Of a stretch of DNA of 64,000 bases, positions 13,276-27,238 are shown one piece after another. The DNA is taken from the NCBI RefSeq assembly GCF_009914755.1, contig NC_060927.1; one strand, given 5' to 3'. The position numbers and the translations under genes were made by a program. Every line of letters begins with the position of its first letter. Position 1 is the first letter of the stretch. This DNA comes from the human T2T-CHM13v2.0 reference genome, Homo sapiens. The notes beneath the pieces are model-generated. The model saw only the letters and a list, made by a program, of their open reading frames with translations, searched no databases and was not told where the DNA came from.

Positions 13276-15029
13276 GAAAACTTGATATCTACATGCAAAA
13301 AATGAAACTGGGTGTTTATCTCTCATTACCTACAAAAATCAAATCAAAATGGATTGAAGACTTAAATTTAACATTTGATTCTATGAACTGCTATGAGAAA
13401 ACATTAGGGAAATGCTTAAGGACACCTGTCTCAGCAAAGATATTTTTGACTAAGAACTCACAGTCACAGACAACAAAAGGAAAAATAGACAAATAAGATT
13501 TTATGAAGCCAAAAGTCTTCTGCATAGCAAAGGAAACAACAAAGTGAAGAGTTAAACTACAAAATGGGAGAAAATATTTATAAACTATTCATCTGACAAG
13601 GGATTAATTAAAAATATATATATATATACACACACATATCCATAACACCAACAGTTCAGTAGCGAGAAACGTAAGATTAAAAAACTGGTAAATATCAGAA
13701 TAATCATTTCTCAAAAGAAGACATATAGTCAACAGATATATGAAAAAATGCTCAGCATCACTAATTATCAGAGAAACACAAATCGAAAGTACAGTGAGAT
13801 ACCATCTCACTCCAGTTAAAATGGCTTTTCTCACAAAGACAGGGAATAAGGATGCTAGCAAGAATGTGGAGAAAGGGGAAGCCTTGTACATTGTTAGTGG
13901 AAATGTAAATTAGTACAACCACTATGGAAAACAACAGGAAGATTCCTCAGAAAACTAAAAATAGAACTACCATATGCTTAAGTAGTTTCACTACTGGATA
14001 TATACACCAAAGAAAGGAAATTACTATATCAGAGAGATATCTGTACTTCCACTTTTATTACAGCATTATTCACAATAGCCAAAATTTTGAATCACCTAAC
14101 TGCCCATCAACAAATAAACGGATAAAGAAAATGCAGTCTATATACACAGTAAGTATTATTCAACCATAAAAAAACGAGGTCTTGTCATTTGCAGCAACAT
14201 GGATGGAACTGCAGGGGATTATTTTAAGTGAAATAAGCAAAGCACAGAAAGGCAAATATTGTATGTTTTCACTCAGACATGAAAGCTGAAAAAGTGGATC
14301 TCCTGAAGGTAGAGAGTAGATTGCTTGTTGTCAGAGGTCAGGAAGAGTGAGTAGGGATGAACGGAATTTGATTAATGGGTTTAAAAATACAGATAGATAG
14401 AAGACATAAAACCTAGTGTTTTACAAATCAGTAAAGTGACAACGATAAACAATAATCTATTGTATATTTCAAAACACCCAGTAGAGAATAATCAGATGTT
14501 CTCAGCATAAAAAATGAAACATGCTTAAGATAATGGATAATCCAATTACCTTTGATTATTACACGTTATATAAATGTATCAAGATATCACATGTACTCTG
14601 AAGATATTACATTTATGTATCATTAAAATAAATTTAAAAATGTTTAAAAAGACTTTTAGGGATAAAGTGATTATAAATTATGGCACCAATAATTTTAAAA
14701 TAATTTACTTGAAGCCTAACAGAAGTGAAAAAACAAATTATCCCACAAATTTTATAACATTATCAGTGAATAAAAAATTTAACATTCAATTCTAATCAAA
14801 TGCTGTATTTCACCTAGGAGTATTTTCATACACTGATAGTAGGAGTGAAAGTTTAAGTTTGGTGGAAAATAATTCTAAATGTGTATTGAGACCCTTTCAC
14901 AGTTAGAAATCTGAACAAATAAAAATAATTTAAATTTGTAAGATAATGAAATATGCTCACTTTAGTATTTCAATATTTCTAAATGATGTTAAAATTGAAA
15001 TTTTAGTCAAGACACAAAAATAAAATAGA

Positions 15030-15292
15030 AGCCAGGTGTGGTATGCCCGTAATCCCAGCACTTTGGGAGACTGAGGCAGGATAATTGCTTGAGTCCAGGA
15101 GTTTAAGCCCGGGCAGGGACCCCACATGTACATTTTTTTTTTAATTAGCTGGTCATGGTGGCATGCGTCTGTAGTCTCAGCTACTTGAGAGTCTGTAGTG
15201 GGAAGATCAGCTGAGTTGGGAGGTCAAGGCTGCAGTGAGCCATGCATGATTGTATCACTGCATTCCAGCCTGGGCAACATAAATAAATTAAA
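15030..15292 (+). mobile_element. AluJ (diverged)
   Basis: GGAGGTCAAGGCTGCAGTGAGCCATG; linker is T-rich rather than A-rich. Confidence 0.85.
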
Positions 15293-17739
15293 TATACATA
15301 TGTGTGTGTGTGTGTATGTCTGTCTATATAATAGATATAAGATTGCAAATACAGATTAGTGCAGTCCCATTTTACAAAGGACATTTCCAGAAATCAATTC
15401 CATATCTCTTGAACCTTTGGGCCATATCACAGATTTAAAAGGAATCATAGTAAAGGGAAGAGAATTATGTATATTATGTAGACTTTTTTTTTAAGAGAAT
15501 TGCACCACTCAGAATGTCCTGCCTTCATTCCTCCCTTACCCTTACTGAATCCCAAGGAGGTAGAAGAGGGATAAATTACACCTATTTCACCAGAAGAGTT
15601 TGTTTTTTTTTTTTTAATGGTCATTCAGAGAGATGGCAATGTCCCTGCATTGGGGTAATAGATGGCCTATTGCCTGACTTTTCTCCAAATTTGCAAATGT
15701 GGCAGAATAAAAATAGGTCTGTCAGGAGAAGAGGTTACTTTCAAAGATAATCAGGTCTAGGAAGTTGATGAATATTCTCTGAGCCAGCAGTGAACAAGTG
15801 AGAGAAAAAGTGGTCCAAAGCTTCTCAGTATATTGATAAACAGTTACTGCCAGAAGGCAAGGAGATTCCTTCAGCTAATGTTTACATGTGGTAAAAGACA
15901 AACTCATGCCAAGAAGGGACCCTGAAAGATTACCTGAAGCACAACGTAGATTGCCCATTCACAGAAATTAGAACTAAAGGGTTGCAGTTGTTACCTCCCA
16001 AGCACCTTCAAATCGTCATACATTTTCACCATCTCCAGACCCAGTAAGCCTGAAGCCAACAGTCAGACAAGAAAGATTCCTCTCACCCAGTCTGCCTACC
16101 AGGCAATATCCTCCACTTGCATCTCACACATTTACAGCTAGCCAGTGGGGACCTAAGGGTACTGGGCAAAGGAAAGCCAATCTACATGAGGGAAAGGTGA
16201 AATATATCTTACCCTTGAATGCTGATTAATTTTGGACTTGAACCTTCTAATTATAAAATTGAGACAGATTTTTTTGACATTCACTAATCTGAATAGTACT
16301 GTTACCTTAATGTGTGTGAATACGTCTTAAGATCTTTCTTAAATTTTTATAAATAGGGGAACATGTAAATTAATTGAAAAAAATGAGTATTTAACATTTT
16401 CTATATGTAATCATGATAATGGAGTGTTGGCTTATTACATTTGATTTAATTGTTTAAATGATTATCATATGCTATAATATTTATCAAAGACTGTTGCCCC
16501 AATTTTGACTTTCCTTTAAAATTTTATGTTTAGTACAATATATAAAAATAATACCTGTCTAGGACTTGGGAAACCATGACAATAATGGCTGATAGCTATT
16601 ACCCATGGGTTAGTCATTTTGGCGTAGTTTTATCTTTTCTAAAGTAGATTGAACTGTATAACTCCTCTAACTGTTATATCACATAATTTCTACTTATGAA
16701 TAAATTTCCCAAGTATAACAGCAATTTATTGTATTCCTTTCTCTTGTGACTTTAAACCAGATAATCCCTTTCTAATCCATTGAATGCTCTTAAAGCTTTA
16801 ACATCCTATTAATCTCCACGTCAAGAAAATGATATTTTTTATTAATTCTTTAGAATGCTATCATCTCATACGAAAAATAAAAGATGGGCGGAGGACTAAA
16901 GTTAATATGTACAGAATTCCTGTCAGCTGTCATTTTTTTAAGAATAAATGTGCATTGATGTTTTCAATGAGATAATTTTAATAGGACATATCACTTAAAG
17001 TGTATGCCATTACAATTATTCTTAAAGGAAGCAAAAAACCTTAATAGATTAGATTATTTCAGCTCAGGCTAACAGACATGGCAGATGAAAATGCTATTTA
17101 ACTCATTATATAATAATTCTTCTTTACCTTATAAGCAGAAAAAATATCTCATAGTGGTAGTTGTTTTCGGTGAATAATACAAAACTATCATTATAAAAGT
17201 AAACACTCTATGCTTGCACATTCATGGCAGAAGAAGGCAGAAATGAAATTTAGTTTTCTACAATTCTTTCTAGGCTTTAACCATTAGAGTAGTTACACTC
17301 AAGCCCAGAAAATGATTTTCTCAATCCAGTTTTTACAGATTTGATATTGTGGCTAAACTCAAATTATTTTAAGGTGAATATATAAAAAATGTTGATATAT
17401 TAATATAACAAATATAAAATAAATTATTCTGATAGTCACATTGCAATAGGACAGCTGTACTAATAAAAGTGTTTCTCTTCTTTCACTTTTAGAAATTTTC
17501 TTCTAGTATACAGGACAGTATTATCTATATTCCTCAAATGGTAATGTGTAAATTTTTATTTCCAGAAAAGAAGGAGCAGTATTTTTCTTCTTTTGTTAAA
17601 TTTTGTTAACTAAAATGTCTGTTGTGTCTCTGAAGCAACTTGACATGATAGGTAGAAATGAGATAGGTCAAAAATGATTCTTACAAATGTTAGACCATTG
17701 AGATATCACTTCTTCTTTTTTTTTTTTTTGTCTTTTAGC

Positions 17740-19340
17740 CTTTCATTTATGCCTTTTAAATACTTGGTGGCCTCCATTGTCACTAGTGAGAAGTTAGGTT
17801 TTAATCATACCTTTGTTCACTCATTATGTAATAAATCAGTTTTCTTTTGCTGCTGTCAAAAGAAAACTGGACTCTGGGCAATTAGTATATGAAGTTGCTA
17901 GACAGTGTGTTCTTGTAATTTATACATTTTAGGACTCATTTGGTTTACTGGCTCTAGAATTCAATAATTTTAATTAGATTTGTGAAAATTTTGGCCAGTA
18001 TTTCTTCAAATATTTGTCGACTCATTTCTGTCTCTTTGTTTTAGAGACACTATGTCTTTTTTGAACCACTTGATGTATTTTTGACACCCAGTTTCTTATT
18101 GTTTTATTATTATTATTATTGCTATCTGTTCTTGTATCTATTAATTTGTGATAAAATTTACTCTTTATTTCATCATCTTTAATCTGCTGTGTTGATCATG
18201 TAAAATTTGTTTCACTTATTGTAATTTTCAGATCCTGACTTTTTCTTTTCTTTCTTTTTTGTTGTCATTCTCTTCACTCATTAAGATCTCACATTTTTGT
18301 TATGTTTTTCTTTAGTTATTTTAACATATTTATAAACTGCCTGATTTGAAATATTAACAACAACACCTCAGAATCATTTTCTATTAATTGCATTTTTTCC
18401 TCCTGTGAGTGGGTCACATTTTTCTTTTAATTTTCATATCTACTAATTTTTGGCCAAAGACTGGATATTGTAGAAAATGCATTGTATTCACTTTATGTTA
18501 TGTTCTTATAAAATTTGTTGGGTTGCTTTTCTAGTAGACAATTCAGTTGTCTGAACTCACACTGAAAACTATATATCTCGGGAATGTGATATCTTCTCTC
18601 AGTTTTTTCAGGTTCCTGCTGCTGACTTTTTTCTGTTTTGTTTTTTAGCCTGGCTCCCATGGATGTCCTCTGTGTCTACACAGACAATTTCAGCTGTTTA
18701 TCCTCAAAGGTTTAGCCTCACCCTTTCTGTGGTTGTCTTACTTCTGGGGCTTTCTTTGTAAATTTCCACTTTCTCTGCCATTTGTGTGTTTTATATCCTT
18801 CAATACACCAAAGCACTAGTGTTTCAGCGTTCTGCTCCCAAAGCTGCTCATAGATTCACAAAGGCACAATCAACAAAGCCCCACACTTGCAGAGGTTACA
18901 CAGTGAGTTTTCTTCATTCATGTGTAGATCACTTTCTGGTTTCTTTCTGCTTTGGGGGGAAGAAAAACCCTGGGATGTCCCCTAGACATTTATATGTTAG
19001 AGATCAATGAAGGATTTGGGAGATGTATATATAAATTTACTCCCATTCTTTTAGTTGTTCTGTGGCACTCTTAAATCTAGGGCTTCGTGTTTTAGTTCCC
19101 AGCTATTTTTATACATTCCTGAACTTTGTTCTCTGCCACAGTGAGCATGTAAGGCTATGGCTTTGTGCTGCTGTAACTGTTGTATTGGGATGTGCCCTCA
19201 GTGAAGACAGCCACAAAGACAATCTACAGCTCTAAATTTTATCCTTTCCTTTTGCAGTATTTCAAAGAGTAACTATCTACAGGCTTCTATCTGCTCTTGG
19301 ATGCTTTCCAGTGACTTCAAAAAGTTCTTCTTTCTTATGT
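17740..19340 (-). mobile_element. Ancient L1M (L1ME-like) ORF1/5' region
   Basis: Antisense ORF1 motifs (TTTTGGCCAGTATTTCTTCAAATATT, GACTGGATATTGTAG). Confidence 0.6.
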
Positions 19341-19409
19341 ATTGTGAGTGTTTTCCAAATCACGTTTTATCATCATTACTCATACACCTTTTAAATATAT
19401 ATATATACA

Positions 19410-19600
19410 CTTTATATTTTAGAGCAGTTTTTGGTTCACAGAAAAAATAGAGGAAGGTACAGAGATATCCCACATATTCTCTGCTCCAACATATACATAG
19501 TTTCCCTCATTATCAATATTCCCAACCAGAGTGGTACCTTTGTTACAACTGATTAACCTACACTGACATATAATTTTCACCTAAAGCCTGTAGTTTACAC
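19410..19600 (-). mobile_element. L1MC 3' end fragment
   Basis: TAGAGCAGTTTTTGGTTCACAG...GGTACAGAGA...CCAGAGTGGTAC. Confidence 0.75.
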
Positions 19601-19614
19601 ATGTGTTTCATTTT

Positions 19615-19750
19615 AAGAGCAATAAATGCTATAAAATTAAATTGTGATGATGCTTAAATAATCCTGTTAATATAATTTAAAAATTGGATTTCACACTTTA
19701 AATGGGTGAATTTTGTACTAAGTATATATCAATACATCTGCTAAAAAAGA
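19615..19750 (+). mobile_element. L1MB/ME 3' end fragment
   Basis: CACTTTAAATGGGTGAATTTTGT. Confidence 0.55.
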
Positions 19751-20904
19751 ATATATACTATATGATTATATTTCCAGTCTATTTATTATATGTATTTATA
19801 TTAAATATACTATACATTGGTTTATATCCTATTGCATTTAAGATTTAAAAATTTCACTGTAAATTAAATTTTCCTCATTTATAAAATCAATCTTTTTACA
19901 TTCTTAGGAAAAAATAAAAAAACTAACATTTATAAAGTTATTTGTTGTTAATATTCTGTTTTATTATTCTATATATTCTGTGTATTAATTTTTGAAAGAA
20001 ACTATGTGAAGTGCTATGATTTTTGGTGATGTTGCATTTCATTTCTCCCACAAATATATACCATTTTACTATAAAACTATCAAAATATAAAATAACTATG
20101 GATGATAAATTATATGCACATATTCCAAATGAAAATGTAGAAATCAAGTTTTATCTCACTGATTACTTACTTTTTCTAAAATCTCCCTTTCCAAATTGTG
20201 TCTGTGTCTCATTCCTTCTGATAATTACCAATCTATATTTTGTCCCATGTATAGTTTTTTGTTTTCACTAGTCTTTACTTCTCTACCTTTTCCTTCTTTA
20301 ATCACATATACCTAATAAACGTTATTGCCATAGTAAGAATTATACATGATTTTAAAGTAAACCTGTGCCTTCCATTTTCAAGTGTTTCATGAATATAATC
20401 TCTCACAAATATAATTTTAATTTTTGCCCTTGTAATAAACTGACTTCCTTTTTGATGTTTCCCTGCTGACAGCTTTTAAACTTCAACCCTCCTTCTAGTT
20501 TGTCTATCTGGCAATCCAATGACAGCAATAATAATTTCTTACCAAGGTTGCCTTTTTTGGGGGTAAAGAACTGTAGAAATCTCTTACCTCTCATAGATAT
20601 TTAAAGTAGGTCACACATGTCTCTCTACATCTACAATATAAGCCACATGACAAGGCCTCATCAACATACCCCTTATCCTTTTTAGAGCTCCGGATATCAG
20701 GGATAGTGAACGAGGCATTCATATCAATTCTCACAACACACAGCACTTGACTCTTGAGCAGGCATTCAATGGAACTTCCATCTCCCTCACCGATCTGGGG
20801 TGCTAGGCTGCATAGGGAAACATAATAGCTTACTTGAAAAAGTTCCAATTCAATTGAATGAAATATGCCATGTTTCCATCATCAGGTAACCATCAGCATT
20901 TGAT

Positions 20905-21270
20905 TGTAATAAAGGCTTTCACATCATTTTTGATGTCTGATTTCTGACCACTTTTATAACTCACACCTGCCTCTTGTTCTTTCATCCTGTATCTGCACAA
21001 GCTAACAGGAGAGCCTGCACCTTTGGCACTAGAGGAGAGTGCAAACTACATAAGGGAATTCTCACCCAGCCACATCCCCAATTACCTTAAAAAAATAAAC
21101 TTTCCTGGCTTTCTCAGGCTATTTTTGTACCTGCTTGTTAGTTGTCCTGGGTTCCTAAAAAGTCTCATTATGTGAGTGATAAACCTTCTCATATCCTCTT
21201 GATACATGTGTGGCATCTAAACCAGATATGAAGTCAGAGGTACATCTTGCCTCTGCAGGTGGCCATGTTT
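20905..21270 (+). mobile_element. ERVL-class LTR (LTR47-like; family uncertain)
   Basis: TGTAATAAA...CATTTTTGATGT...CTCATTATGTGAGTGATAAACCTT...GTGTGGCATC. Confidence 0.55.
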
Positions 21271-21549
21271 TGGCTTTTATGTTGAGGTCTTATTGAGAAC
21301 AAGTATTGCATCTCAACTGAAAAAAAAAAAAAAAAAGAAGGTGATTCTCACACTTATAGCACTCAGCAAACATTTCAATGCACTTAAATTTAAATTTTAA
21401 CGGTACTCTCCACTTTGCAATTAAGTACTTTTGGGAAACCTAATAGAAAAGTGGCAAGTATACTTTAGCAAGGATAAAGAGAGAGCAGGCACAAGATCAT
21501 ATTATAGCATCACTATTCACCTTTAGTAATATAGCGTTTTATGTGTTAT

Positions 21550-21990
21550 GTATTGCTTCTCTAATGCTGTGAAACAAACCACATATAAATCCAATGGCAT
21601 AGGACAATACATATTTATTCATCTTTGAAATTTAGTTTCAGTCAGACTTCTGCATAAATCTAGAAATAGGCTGGGGATGGATGATGTCTAATAGTTTCAG
21701 TTGAAGTGAATTGACTCTGATATAGATGGCCTCTCATCCTTCAGCAGGTTTGTTTGGGCTTATTCACACAGTGATCTCAAGAGACAGAGTTAGCACACAC
21801 AATTCGTCTTGATGTCTAAGTTCAGAGCTAGCACACCACAAATGTCTATGCATTTTGTTGTTGTTAAAACAAGGCATACAGCCACTCTACAATCTAAGAG
21901 TGGGGAAGTATAATCTACTTCTTGATGACTACCTGCAAGGACACGCATTGCAAAGTTGTAGATATCTTGGGAAAATGGTGAATTCTGAAA
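21550..21990 (-). mobile_element. Old MLT1 (H/I/J-like) LTR
   Basis: GCTGTGAAACAAACCAC...CTCTCATCCTTCAGCAGG...CTTCTTGATG. Confidence 0.6.
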
Positions 21991-22544
21991 TTTGAAATAT
22001 AAAACTGACATGTAGGAAATAAACACATACCCATTAACAGTCTTCTGGAAGATATAAAAATGACTTGTAGATGAGAACAAGGCATGGTATTAACTAGTTT
22101 TATAGTATACACATATAAGAAAATAAAAATTTTGCCTTCAGGGGAAAGTACAGTGAGGAAAAAAGACATGAATGAGGCCCAATTAACAGAGCATTCTGAG
22201 AAGACATAACACTGACCCAGTAACTTGGTTTTATTGCTTGTAGGAGACATGGTCATTAATTTTTGAGTACCATAATTTACCTTGCTTGCCAAATTTTTGT
22301 CTTGGTCTGACATCATAGTTCAGAAATATTGCCAGATGGCCAAGCAAATATGGCACAACATTACTCTCAGCATGTTTGCAGGTGAGTTTTTCAGCCAGTA
22401 TCTGCTTTCCTAGTTGCCACAATGTGATTCTGTTCAGGTGTTCTGAGTTTCGTCTCTGGAACTCATCTATTTCCTCAGTGTTGTTTAAACTATTAAGGTG
22501 TAATAGTAGCTGAAAATAACAATTAACATGCTGTTTCCCATCTT

Positions 22545-22870
22545 ATTATATTCGCACATGCTGTCGCCTTTGCTTGGAACACCTTTCTCCTTTTCCCCCT
22601 GAATTATGCTTATTTATATTTTAAAATTTAGCCCAAGAATCATTCCCAGTGAGAAAAATTCTATACCTACATTTACATAATTTCAATCATGTCTGAGACC
22701 CCCAATTCCATACTCCTATAGATCCCTATGTTTACTTCTATTACACTGATCATAATTGCTTACTTAGTGTCTCCTGAACTAAAATATAAACTTCCTGAAG
22801 ATAAAATCATGTGGCAGAGACAGTTCCGGACGTATATTTACTTAATAGGCATCCAATTATTTAGTAAAAT
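22545..22870 (+). mobile_element. L2 3' fragment
   Basis: TTCGCACATGCTGTCGCCTTTGCTTGGAACAC. Confidence 0.6.
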
Positions 22871-23044
22871 AATTTGGTTAATTAATTAATTTTGTATTTA
22901 TTTATTTATACGCATTCCTGTTAATGACTACAGATATTAAAGGCTTCAGTCAGAAGTCAGAAGGGGTGCCTACCACTAAGGAAATCTTTGCTAGGCTTTC
23001 CTTTTCCCTGTCTTTTGGCAAAGAAGGGTATATTTTTATTTTTA

Positions 23045-23432
<388 letters not shown>

Positions 23433-23904
23433 TTATTTACTTTTTTCTATACTTACTTGTGGTTCTGGGTTACAAGCATCTTCACCCACAGTTGGGGATC
23501 GATAAGACAAAAACACAAGCAATCCATTCTGGCATCTTTCTTCAAACTCTGATGTCCTAGACAGTCCACTTTCTTTCCAAATTTCAGAACCATGTAATAG
23601 CCGGCTGTTGAATTATTTCCAAGGATTTTAGTTTTATTTAGAGAAGAGTAGCAAGGAAAATTGAATCTACAACATTACATCCTGGAACTAGAAATTTACC
23701 CTCTAATTTTGAAACTTATTTCTGCTGAATATCAAATTAGATGTTTGTTTGTTTATTTTTATATTTGTGTAACTTGAAAATGTTGCAATACATTTTTCTA
23801 TATTGCATTTTTCTGATGAGAAATCTGCTATTACTTTTATTTTTTCCTTTGCACAAAGTAAGTTTTTTTCGCCTCTTATTTATTTTAGAATTTTATATAT
23901 ATAT

Positions 23905-24940
23905 TATATTTATTTATTTTTATAACTTTTATTTTAGGTTCAGGGGTACATGTGCAGGTTTGTTATGAGGTAAACTAGTGTCATAGGGTTTTGTTGTATA
24001 GATTATTAGATCAGCCAGGTATTAAGCCTAGTACTCAACAGTTATTTTTTGCTGTTTCTCTCCCTCCTCCCATCCTTCACCCTCAAGTAGACCCAAATGT
24101 CTGTTGTTCCCTTCTTTGTGTTCATGAGTTCTCATCATTTAGCTTGCACTTATAAATGAGAACATGTGGTATTTAGTTTTCTGTTTCTGTGTTAGTTTGC
24201 TAAAACTAATAGTCCCCACCTTTATTCATGTTCCTGCAAAAGACATGATCTTTTTTTCTTTTTTATGACTGCATAGTAGTCCATGACGTATATATACCAT
24301 ATTTTCTTTACCCAATTTGTCATTGATGGGCATTTGTGTTGATTTCCTGTGTTTGCTGCTGTGAATAGTGCTGCAATGAACATTCACATGCATGTGACTT
24401 TATGGTAGAATGATTTTTATTTCTCTGAGTATATACCAGTTATGGGATTGCTGGGTCAAATGGAAGTTCTGCTGTTAGCTCTTTGAGGAATCACCATACT
24501 GCTTTCCACAATGGTTGAACTACTTTACACTCCCACTAACAGTGTATAAGCATTCATTTTTCTCCACAACTCATCAGCATCTGTTATTTTTGACCTTAAT
24601 AACCATTCTGACTAGTGTGAGGTACTATCTTATTGTGGTTTTGATTTACATTTCTCTAATGATCAGTGATGTTGAGCTTTTTTTCAAATTCTTGTTGGCT
24701 GCATGTATATTTTCTTTTGAAAAATGTCTATTCATATCTTTTGTACTTTTTAATGAGGTTGTTTGTTCTCTTGTAAATTTGTTTAAGTTTCTTATAGATG
24801 CTGGGTATTAAACCTTTGTCAGATGCATAGTTTGCAAAATTTTTCTCCCATTCTGTAGGTTGTCTATTTACTCTGTTGATAGTCTATTTTACTGTGCAGG
24901 TGCTCTTAAGTTTAATTAGACCCCATATGTCAATTTTGTC
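23905..24940 (-). mobile_element. L1PA (PA13-like) 3' ~1 kb
   Basis: TTTAGGTTCAGGGGTACATGTGCAGGTTTGTTA...TTCATGAGTTCTCATCATTTAGC. Confidence 0.85.
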
Positions 24941-25481
24941 TTTATCATTGTTTTAAAAAAAATTTAATTATTACTTATCTTGGTATAGTTTTATATGTGT
25001 TTCTTGTGCTTGGGCTTGTTTAACTTTTTGGGTTTTTAGATATATATTTTTTGACAATTTTGGAAATATTTTAGTCATTATTTCTTCAAATATTTTTTGT
25101 AACAGCCTTTCTTTCATATATCTAAGGGACTCAAATTACACATATATTAGGCCAATTAAAGTTGTCCAACAGCTCAGTGATGAACTAACTTTTCACTTGT
25201 TCTAATGATTTTTATTGGTGTGTTTCATTTTAGATAGGTCCTGTGGTTGTAGCTTCAAATTTACTACTCTTCTTATCTGCAATATTGAATCTACCTCTAA
25301 TCCCATTCAGTGTATTTTTTTCATCTCAGACAATATTGATTTCATCTTTGGAAGTTTGACTTAGGTCATGTTTATATCTTAGATAACTATTTCTAACTTT
25401 TTAAACATGTGAACTTCAGTTATAACTTTCTAATATGCTCATGTCTATTATTTCTAATATCTGAGTAGTGTGAGCCAATTT

Positions 25482-26224
25482 TGATTGATTGACTTTTTTT
25501 CTCCATAATAGGTATTATTTTCTTCCCTTTTTAAATTACATGCCTGATAATTTTTATAAAATACCAGACATTGAGATTTTACTTTCTTGTCTGTGAAACT
25601 TTTAAATTACTTGGAAACATTTTATCCTTTGGGTATTAACTTTAAGAATTACTGGGTTAGATCAGAGCAGTCTTTAGTCTAGGGCTAATTATCTTCCATT
25701 ACACAAGCAAAATTCTTCTCTGTATTCTCTCCAATGCCCTGCAAATTATGTGGTTTTCCAACTGGCCAATAGAAACTCACTATTCCCAGCCTTGTTTAAG
25801 TATTGGGCCAAGTTTCCTCTGATACTTTCAAATGCTTCTTTTCTAGCCTTAGGTAGTTTCCTACCTAATCTCCAATCAATATTCTCCTGAGTTATAAAAG
25901 GGGATACTCTACAGATCTCAGGAGTTCTCTGTGCAGCTGTCTTCTCTACCCTTGTCTCCCTAGACACTGACCTCAACCTCCTCAGTTCAAGGAATTTGCT
26001 TGTGTAATGGAAGATAATTAGCCCTAGACTAAAGACTGCTCTGATCTAACCCAGTAATTCTTAAAGTTAATACCCAAAGGATAAAATGTTTCCAAGTAAT
26101 TTAAAAGTTTCACAGACAAGAAAGTAAAATCTCAATGTCTGGTATTTTATAAAAATTATCAGGCATGTAATTTAAAAAGGGAAGAAAATAATACCTATTA
26201 TGGAGAAAAAAAGTCAATCAATCA
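25482..26224. repeat. Inverted repeat: 230-bp arms (25482-25711 and 25995-26224), 283-bp spacer
   Basis: Base-by-base reverse-complement comparison by eye found no mismatch. Confidence 0.95.
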
Positions 26225-27185
26225 GGCGCTATCTAGGTTTCTCTTTCTGTGCCTCAGCCCAAAAAGTAAATGCTGTAAACTGGGTAAATAAACAAAAAAC
26301 ATATTTGCTGCCTGTCTCCCAAGGTTGCTGTTTTTTTAACCTCATGTACAGTGACTTCAAAACTTTTATTCCACCATATATTTTGTCTGCTATTTTTCGT
26401 AGGTGGGGATTGTTTCAGGTGAGAGTGTAAATCCAGTTTCTTTCTGTGTAGGGGGATGAATAATTGAGAAAAGAGAAAAACTAACATCAAGAAAAATGGA
26501 AGAATAATTATTGCTTTTCCGTTTTTCAGCATTAAGGATCAACGTAATGTTTATGACTACCAATTTAAAATAAGACTTCTTTATTATTCTTAGATATTAT
26601 TCTCCAAATTTAGTCGCACAATCACAGATATAAAATAGGCAGCAAAGATTCTGTAAAGTTGTAATTTTGTTGAGAATAGGAAGAACAAAAGACATGTCCA
26701 ATGCTGAAGGCTACATTGAAGGAATGACTAAATATTAACCGCTAAAATTTACATAGTTAATGAGAGAAGTTAAACAATTCAGACACTTGAGAGACAGTAA
26801 AAATGTGGTGGAATTAATGGATTGGATGTCTTAGGGTAGCCAAAGAGTATCAAAGTTGAGGCATTAAGGGGAGTGGTCTGGGAAGATAGGAAGCAGTATC
26901 CAAGAGTGAGGTGAAGTTGATGTTTAAGGTAGAACAGAGGACAAAATGAGTAGAGGAATTAAGAGAAAGTGTGTCTGGCAAGATTAACTCTGACTAGAAG
27001 GTAATATTGTAAAGAAATGCAGGGAGATGACCTGGGGCTTGGGATATAATTGCAACAATGAGGGTCAGTGGGCATTTGATACTACACAAATCAATTTTGG
27101 TAATTGTTAGGAAGAGAGGAGGAAATGCCTAAAATTGGCAAGAGGACCTATCAGTGTGTTCATTCCCCCCATTTTCTTCCAAACT

Positions 27186-27238
27186 TGTGTATGTGTGTGT
27201 GCATGCATGTGTATGCATGTGTATGTGTATGTGTGTGT
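27186..27238 (+). repeat. (TG/TA/CA) alternating purine-pyrimidine tract
   Basis: TGTGTATGTGTGTGTGCATGCATGTGTATG... Confidence 0.85.

Larger units (their letters stand above)
9520..14640 (+). mobile_element. L1MA-type LINE: 5' UTR, degraded ORF1, start of ORF2, internal deletion, ORF2 end and 3' UTR; interrupted by Alu and MST
   Basis: ORF1 motifs (CAGACCTGTCTTACAAGAAATGCTAAGGG), endonuclease region at 11790-12716, 3' ORF2 and L1MA4-6-like UTR at 13275-14640. Confidence 0.85.
23700..26450 (-). mobile_element. Ancient L1M ORF1/5' UTR, interrupted by an L1PA and by the inverted duplication
   Basis: TTTCTGATGAGAAATCTGCT; TCATTATTTCTTCAAATATTTTT; TTTAGTCTAGGGCTAATT. Confidence 0.7.
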
